From: Candidatus Omnitrophota bacterium
GTDB lineage: Bacteria > Omnitrophota > Gorgyraeia > Gygaellales > Profunditerraquicolaceae
Direction: 5' to 3'
Assembly: GCA_041650835.1 (NCBI GenBank)
Contig: JBAZKL010000004.1
Span: 230,900 to 294,899 of the forward strand
DNA: 64,000 nucleotides
Positions within the stretch are counted from its first letter, which is position 1, and each line of letters starts with the position of its first letter. The notes beneath the pieces are model-generated. The model ran no database searches and was not told the DNA's origin. It saw only the letters and a list, made by a program, of their open reading frames with translations. A program made the position numbers and the translations under genes. This document shows positions 59,087-64,000 of the stretch, in pieces.

Positions 59087-60199
59087 CTATTTTACTCTCT
59101 CGGAATAATGATAAAAACAGCCTTTACAGGCGGGAGACAGGCTTCGGGCAAACAAAGCCCTTACCTCTTGCGCCTGATGGCCATTCCAGATTTCCGCAAA
59201 AGAACGCTCCTTAATATTACCTATAAAAACATCATGACAGATATAAATATCGCCATTAGGCATAAGATTGACCTGATGCCAGGGCGCCGTGCAATACCGG
59301 CGGTAATGTAATGCCCCCCGGTTATCTTTATAATACGGGATAATTTCATCCGGGTACAGATCCGGACTGAAAGACACCGCGCGGTTCTTTTTGACTTTCT
59401 TGATCTCGGCAATAAACCGGGAGAAATCAATATCCCCCGGAGAATAGGTATATCCCGGCCAAAGTTCAAGCGACGTAATATTGAACTTCTCCCGTAAAAA
59501 CTTTTTTTGCATTTCCAGCGTCTCCTGATTTATAAACATGAGATGCTGAAAATGGTAGTTGTCTACTGCTATGCCGGCCTGCCGCATGAACTCAATGAAC
59601 TCTCCCATATAAGCATAACTGAGATCCGAAAGAGTATATAAAACACTTAACCGGGGCCGGTTGGCGTGTTTTTTCTTATACAGCGTAAGAGCGTCCAACC
59701 CCTCGATGATCGCCTTAAAATGAGCGAAAGAATTCTCCCTGATCAAATGAAGGATTGACGGCGGGCCACCCAGGGAAAGACTGACCTGGTCTAATACCCG
59801 GACAACCTTTGTAAGGTTTTTTAAAAGATAGACGCCGTTTGTGGTAACGGAAACCCGCACCCCCCGTTCTTTAAAACACCGGGCAAGGTGGTACCAACGG
59901 GGAGATAAAAGCGGTTCCCCTCCCGAAAAAGTCACCGTCTTGGGGCTAAACGCCGTAATTTCCTGCGCGAATTTTTCCAGGTCTTTGCGGCTTAAAGAGG
60001 CTTTATATTTGTTAAGGAACCCTTTTTTTCTGCACGGCCCGTGGATCCCCCACCACGAACAAACTTTACAGCGCAGGTTACAGCGCAGTGAAAACATGAT
60101 ATAAACCTCTCCTACAGAAGAGGCCTTCAATAAATCATTACTGGCCCTTCCCTTAAGGGATAAAGCCAAAGCTTGCGTATCTACTTTTAGATCAAGCAT
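59087..60199 (-). CDS. Radical SAM / SPASM-domain protein (CNLRCKVC).
   Basis: SGGEPLL and a C-terminal SPASM pattern CTAPW...NGDIYICHDVFIGNI...CKGCFYHY. Confidence 0.8.
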   Translation of the reverse strand: MLDLKVDTQALALSLKGRASNDLLKASSVGEVYIMFSLRCNLRCKVCSWWGIHGPCRKKGFLNKYKASLSRKDLEKFAQEITAFSPKTVTFSGGEPLLSPRWYHLARCFKERGVRVSVTTNGVYLLKNLTKVVRVLDQVSLSLGGPPSILHLIRENSFAHFKAIIEGLDALTLYKKKHANRPRLSVLYTLSDLSYAYMGEFIEFMRQAGIAVDNYHFQHLMFINQETLEMQKKFLREKFNITSLELWPGYTYSPGDIDFSRFIAEIKKVKKNRAVSFSPDLYPDEIIPYYKDNRGALHYRRYCTAPWHQVNLMPNGDIYICHDVFIGNIKERSFAEIWNGHQAQEVRALFARSLSPACKGCFYHYSERVK

Positions 60200-62199
60200 C
60201 GCGCGTCTCCTGGTCCCTGCCGCTTGAGCGGGAAATACATATGCGAGTGAAAGAATTCCCAGAACATCTCCTCGATAATGAAATTATTCATAACGATCTC
60301 TTTTTCCCGAGAGCCGTTCTTATGCGAACGCATAAGACGGCATAACGCGGCGTCAAGTTCAGCGGTAAAAGCCTTACGATGCCCGGGAGCAGCGATATCG
60401 CCGATGTAAGCGGTTCTTTTAAGGTATTGAAAGCGTTTTGAGGAAATAAGGCTCCCGCAGAGATACATCTTGCCTTCGAGATCAACGGTAATCCCGGGGA
60501 ACGCAGCGCCGCAAGCGCCGGTTTGCCCGCAATTCAATATCTGAGCTGCCTTACGGAAATAAAGGTCCCTGCTTATTCTAAAAAGACAGACAAAAGCCCG
60601 TGCCACGCAAGACGCGTCATACAAAACAGCCGGATCATAAGAAAACATTATTTTTTTCACTCCCCGCCCTGCCAAAAAAGAAACATTTTCCTTAAAGCCT
60701 TCAAGATTTAATAAGGGGACATCCAGCATGACCCCGAAATCTCCGCCGCGATCATTGAAACGTTTTATCATTGCCGATACCTGCCGCTTTAAGGATGCCG
60801 GGCAAGCTCCACCATCGATCTTCAAAAGATACGTCACCTTCTGCCGTGAAAGAAAATCAATTTTTTCTTCATCAAGCGATAACCCGGGGCTTACCAGCGT
60901 GCAGGTAAGCTGCTTGGGATGAGAAGCCATTCTTTGCCGGGTATAGAGAAGTGCTGCCCTGATCATTTCAAAACACGCAAAAGGCTCTTTGCAGGAGAAT
61001 TCCAGTTCGACCTTATTCTCTAAAGAAGCAAACAGCATATCAATGCTTTTCTTTAAAGCCCTCTCACCCATGAACGCTTCAGTGCCCGCGCGGGAATAAG
61101 GGCGCTGCAGGGACCGCTCCGGGTGAAGAAAGAAAATGATTTTCCTGAATGAAAAATAACGCTCCCCCCTGATCTTCTTTTTGAACGGATGGCTCTCAAA
61201 GAGGTCGTATTCCCGGCGTAAATGATTAAATTTATATAAAAACTCTCCTGCGATCCCCGCATAAATATTAGCCAGCAATTTCCGGTCCAGGAAGCGGGCG
61301 TGCCTGCGGATAAGCGCTGCCTGCGCGCCTTTAGTCATTTTTAAAGCCGTCAACTCCTTAAAATCATCAAGTTTACCAAAATAAAAAATACGGTTTAATT
61401 CCGGGCACAGCTTCTCCAATACCAGCGCGCACCCGATAAAGACCTTTCCGCCGGCAGTGATATTGATCTGCGGACAATACAATATCGGCTCGCAATCAGC
61501 CTCAAAATTCAGGATCCGGCCCCCCGTCCCTTGTACTGCTTTGAGCAAACCACACAATTCCCGGATAAACACGAAAGAATCCTTCTCTGAATATTTCTGT
61601 CCCAGCGCGTAAGCGACCCAAATACGCAGCATCCCTTTACTTCTTAAAAAATCGATGTTCTTGCGCACCCCGGGAATATCTTCGCGCAAAACCACCATAT
61701 TCACGAAATATCGGATCTTATACTTATTCAACAGGCCGATATTGCGCAGCAACTGTGAAAAATAATCTTCATTCCCCGCCTTCATCGGCCTGTTCTTTAA
61801 CTGCGTCACCTGAGCGCCGTCAATACTGACCATGACCTGGACTTTCTCACGAAAAAGAAAACCGGCCTTCTCTTCATCAAGAAGCAGCCCGTTAGTCGTA
61901 AGCAAATATTCGATGTTTTTGCCGGTGGCCTTTTTTTTCATGCCCGCATACGCTACTGCTTTTTTGATCAGGTCGAAGCGCAGCAGCGGTTCACCGCCGA
62001 AAAACTGTAATTCTATCTTCTTCTCAAAAGAAGTAAATAACAGGTCAATGGACTTTTTCAGAACATCTTCCGGCATATCCGGCTGGTCGCGGTTTAAGAA
62101 ACAATACCGGCACGACAACGGACAACGGGTAGTAAGCATCACCGCGACATTACGGATGCTCGACGGTTCTTTAAAGCGCGTGAACTCCACGCGTTCCAT
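60187..62199 (-). CDS. Twin radical-SAM/SPASM protein: an intact N-terminal domain (CPLSCRYC) followed by a duplicated second domain lacking the CxxxCxxC triad. The start is probably MERVEF.
   Basis: Internal repeat evident (DLLFTSFEKKIELQFFGGEPLLRFDLIKKAVAYA vs DMLFASLENKVELEFSCKEPFACFEMIRAALLYT). Both halves end in Cys-rich SPASM-like segments. Confidence 0.75.
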   Translation of the reverse strand: MERVEFTRFKEPSSIRNVAVMLTTRCPLSCRYCFLNRDQPDMPEDVLKKSIDLLFTSFEKKIELQFFGGEPLLRFDLIKKAVAYAGMKKKATGKNIEYLLTTNGLLLDEEKAGFLFREKVQVMVSIDGAQVTQLKNRPMKAGNEDYFSQLLRNIGLLNKYKIRYFVNMVVLREDIPGVRKNIDFLRSKGMLRIWVAYALGQKYSEKDSFVFIRELCGLLKAVQGTGGRILNFEADCEPILYCPQINITAGGKVFIGCALVLEKLCPELNRIFYFGKLDDFKELTALKMTKGAQAALIRRHARFLDRKLLANIYAGIAGEFLYKFNHLRREYDLFESHPFKKKIRGERYFSFRKIIFFLHPERSLQRPYSRAGTEAFMGERALKKSIDMLFASLENKVELEFSCKEPFACFEMIRAALLYTRQRMASHPKQLTCTLVSPGLSLDEEKIDFLSRQKVTYLLKIDGGACPASLKRQVSAMIKRFNDRGGDFGVMLDVPLLNLEGFKENVSFLAGRGVKKIMFSYDPAVLYDASCVARAFVCLFRISRDLYFRKAAQILNCGQTGACGAAFPGITVDLEGKMYLCGSLISSKRFQYLKRTAYIGDIAAPGHRKAFTAELDAALCRLMRSHKNGSREKEIVMNNFIIEEMFWEFFHSHMYFPLKRQGPGDARCLI

Positions 62200-64000
62200 A
62201 TTTGCGGACATATGCGGACCAGACTCCTTCGCACCAGCCATTTTCTTTGCATGATGCGCAAAACTTAAACTTGATCTTTTTTGACGCGCGTTGTTTAACG
62301 CACTTACTCAAAGTACCCTTAAGCGTCATGACTTCATCAAAAGGACGGTACGGCTCAAAGGCGCGCAGGCTCAATTGAGCTAACGAACATAAAGGAAAAC
62401 CTTCGCAATAAAGCTTCCGGGTGAATTCCGGAAGCTGAGCGCTTATTCTGCGCAATTGGCGCGTAACTGCCGGTATCGCCGGGATGTCGGCTTGCGGGAC
62501 CTGTATATACCCCAACGAATTACTTACGAAAACAAGATGCAATTCATCAACACCCAGTTTTAGCAAGAACGCGCAGCATTCGTACAACGACTCAAGATTA
62601 GCGTTGGAGACAAAAAGGTCCGCCTGGATAGACAGGCAGCGCGCGTTCTCCCTGATATTCCTGATACCGGCAATTGCCTGGCGAAAAGCGCCTTTAACCA
62701 GGCTCTGCCGGTCATGAACATGCTCCAGCCCGAAAAAAGGTATAATGACTTTTTCCAAAGAGCTAAAACCCCCCAACGCTTTTACCAATCCCGGATACGA
62801 TAACAGACGGGCGTTGGTGTATAAGAAAAGGTTATGCATCTCCAACGCGTCGCTGTAACGCAGTATATCCATGATATCTTTCCTTAAGAGCGGCTCTGCG
62901 CCCGCCAAAACAACATACTCCCCTCTGCTCTTGGCAAGCTCAAGCTCTGAGCTTACCTGCGCGAAGCTTTTCTGCGCACGCAAGCGATCTTTCGCCAACA
63001 GGCAAAACTCACAATTATTATTACAGGTATTGGAGAGTTGTATAATGCTCGTCCGGGGCTTTATCATGCCGGAGAATTCTTCAAGCCTTTTTTCGCTATG
63101 CTCCAGGGTAAAAGCAGGCGGCGTGTGATCAGCGCCTAAATAATAATCTTTCCGGAGCAAGCCTTTCTGTTCAAAGATATCATGGATCAGCGTCATCGGA
63201 TAGACTTTGACAATGTTCACCAGCAGGTTATCCGGGTCACAATCACGGACATAACAGGCGGTTTCCCTTATCGTCTCCTCTGTTTCACCCAGATTTCCGA
63301 CCATAAGCATAAGAACAGTCCTGATCCCCGCGCGCGCGGTAAGCCGAAAGGCCTTTTTTGACTTTACTAAATCAAGGTTCTTGCCGGTCAAACGCTGGAT
63401 CCGCACGGATGCGCTCTCTAATCCATAAGATATCTCAAAACAGCCTGCCCGCGCCATGAGGACCAGTAACGGCGCGTCGACCGAATCTGAACGGGTCATA
63501 CATGTCCAGCTTATTTTAAGCCCTGCTTTCAGGATCCCTTCGCATATCGCGACAACTCTTTTCCTGTCCCGTGTAAAGAAATTATCGCCAAAAACAAAAT
63601 TCCTGATCTTGAACTTTTCATGAAAATGCCCGACCATCGCGACAAAATACCCGGGGCTGTGAAAGCGTATCTTGTCCCCCGTCACCTTGCTCATCGGGCA
63701 AAAATTACAACTATAGACACAACCGCGGGAAGAAAGCAATAAGAGAGCGTTGCGGAAGCTTGTGCAGCGCTTCCCCAGGATAAAATTTTTCTTAGCTGAA
63801 AGGCTGTCCGGGCAGTTTATCTTTTTCTGAAAACCCTTAAAAAGATGGAACGCAGGATAAGCCAGGCGATCCAGATCGGTAATACCGCGCCGGTCTTTGG
63901 TACGCGCCACTTTCCCATGCCGCAGATACGCGATCCCGTCAATCGCGCCGGTATCTCCTTTTGTTTTCAGGCAAGAGACTAATTCGACAAAAGTCCGCTC
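62171..64000 (-). CDS. Class-B (B12-binding type) radical SAM protein carrying a second radical-SAM domain. The 5' end is partial: the reading frame stays open to the window edge.
   Basis: ...IDGIAYLRHGKVARTKDRRGITDLDRLAYPAFHLF...SSRGCVYSCNFC (class-B hallmark), then LSNTCNNNCEFC (second CxxxCxxC) and C-terminal CASCKENGWCEG. No stop between 63910 and 64000. Confidence 0.75.
   Translation of the reverse strand, partial: ERTFVELVSCLKTKGDTGAIDGIAYLRHGKVARTKDRRGITDLDRLAYPAFHLFKGFQKKINCPDSLSAKKNFILGKRCTSFRNALLLLSSRGCVYSCNFCPMSKVTGDKIRFHSPGYFVAMVGHFHEKFKIRNFVFGDNFFTRDRKRVVAICEGILKAGLKISWTCMTRSDSVDAPLLVLMARAGCFEISYGLESASVRIQRLTGKNLDLVKSKKAFRLTARAGIRTVLMLMVGNLGETEETIRETACYVRDCDPDNLLVNIVKVYPMTLIHDIFEQKGLLRKDYYLGADHTPPAFTLEHSEKRLEEFSGMIKPRTSIIQLSNTCNNNCEFCLLAKDRLRAQKSFAQVSSELELAKSRGEYVVLAGAEPLLRKDIMDILRYSDALEMHNLFLYTNARLLSYPGLVKALGGFSSLEKVIIPFFGLEHVHDRQSLVKGAFRQAIAGIRNIRENARCLSIQADLFVSNANLESLYECCAFLLKLGVDELHLVFVSNSLGYIQVPQADIPAIPAVTRQLRRISAQLPEFTRKLYCEGFPLCSLAQLSLRAFEPYRPFDEVMTLKGTLSKCVKQRASKKIKFKFCASCKENGWCEGVWSAYVRKYGTRGVHAL

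Noticed and set aside
1489-63128. Numerous plus-strand ORFs of 60-270 aa lying antisense to confident minus-strand genes (for example 1489-1824, 5888-6358, 14839-15462, 34320-34901, 48547-49350, 57986-58405, 61832-62254).
   Set aside because: Each is fully contained within, and antisense to, a gene with strong family-level evidence. None has a domain signature or an RBS.

Overview
This 64 kb window is bacterial chromosome with moderate GC and Lys-rich proteins. It is almost entirely co-directional on the minus strand; ppiD is the only confident plus-strand gene. Coordinates located by hand are approximate to about ±2 nt.

Most of the window is core housekeeping. From low to high coordinates the genes and operons are: bamA; dnaB; rpsF-ssb-rpsR-rplI; pth-ctc(rplY)-prs-glmU; a GIY-YIG gene next to tRNA-Gln; spoVG; ispE; a split transketolase; a TPR protein; hisG; ppiD; a ferredoxin plus the porGDAB 2-oxoacid:ferredoxin oxidoreductase operon; ybaB; a redox/cytochrome c biogenesis group (TlpA-like, ccdA, cutA); pgeF; rmuC; ttcA; pilD; aroE; a leuA-ilvC-ilvN-ilvB-ilvD operon with an HD-GYP/GAF signalling gene embedded in it; a class II aldolase and pfkA; a DUF4139 secreted protein; ahcY-metK; a PTS-Ntr group (ptsN-yvcK-ptsH-ptsI); tRNA-Gly and tRNA-Lys; and frr-pyrH-tsf-rpsB.

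The right-hand end (about 53.7 to 64 kb) is accessory. It holds a membrane HExxH protein, a lipoprotein, a three-PAS sensor with no output domain, and a tightly overlapping operon of five radical-SAM proteins that runs off the window edge. The five proteins together carry at least seven radical-SAM-like domains. These include a B12-type class-B enzyme with a second radical-SAM domain, a twin-domain enzyme whose second half has lost its cysteine motif, a SPASM enzyme, and a radical-SAM fused to a calcineurin-like metallophosphoesterase. This operon is the best candidate for an undescribed biosynthetic or modification system.

The window is also unusually rich in intergenic repeats. There are seven copies of an AT-rich MITE-like palindromic element of about 120 to 145 bp, five of which carry a GC hairpin core (ctgcc-ggta-ggcagg). 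The same hairpin also appears inside GC-rich REP-like palindrome arrays in the 5' leaders of bamA, dnaB and spoVG. Several further short-word palindromic repeat families are present.
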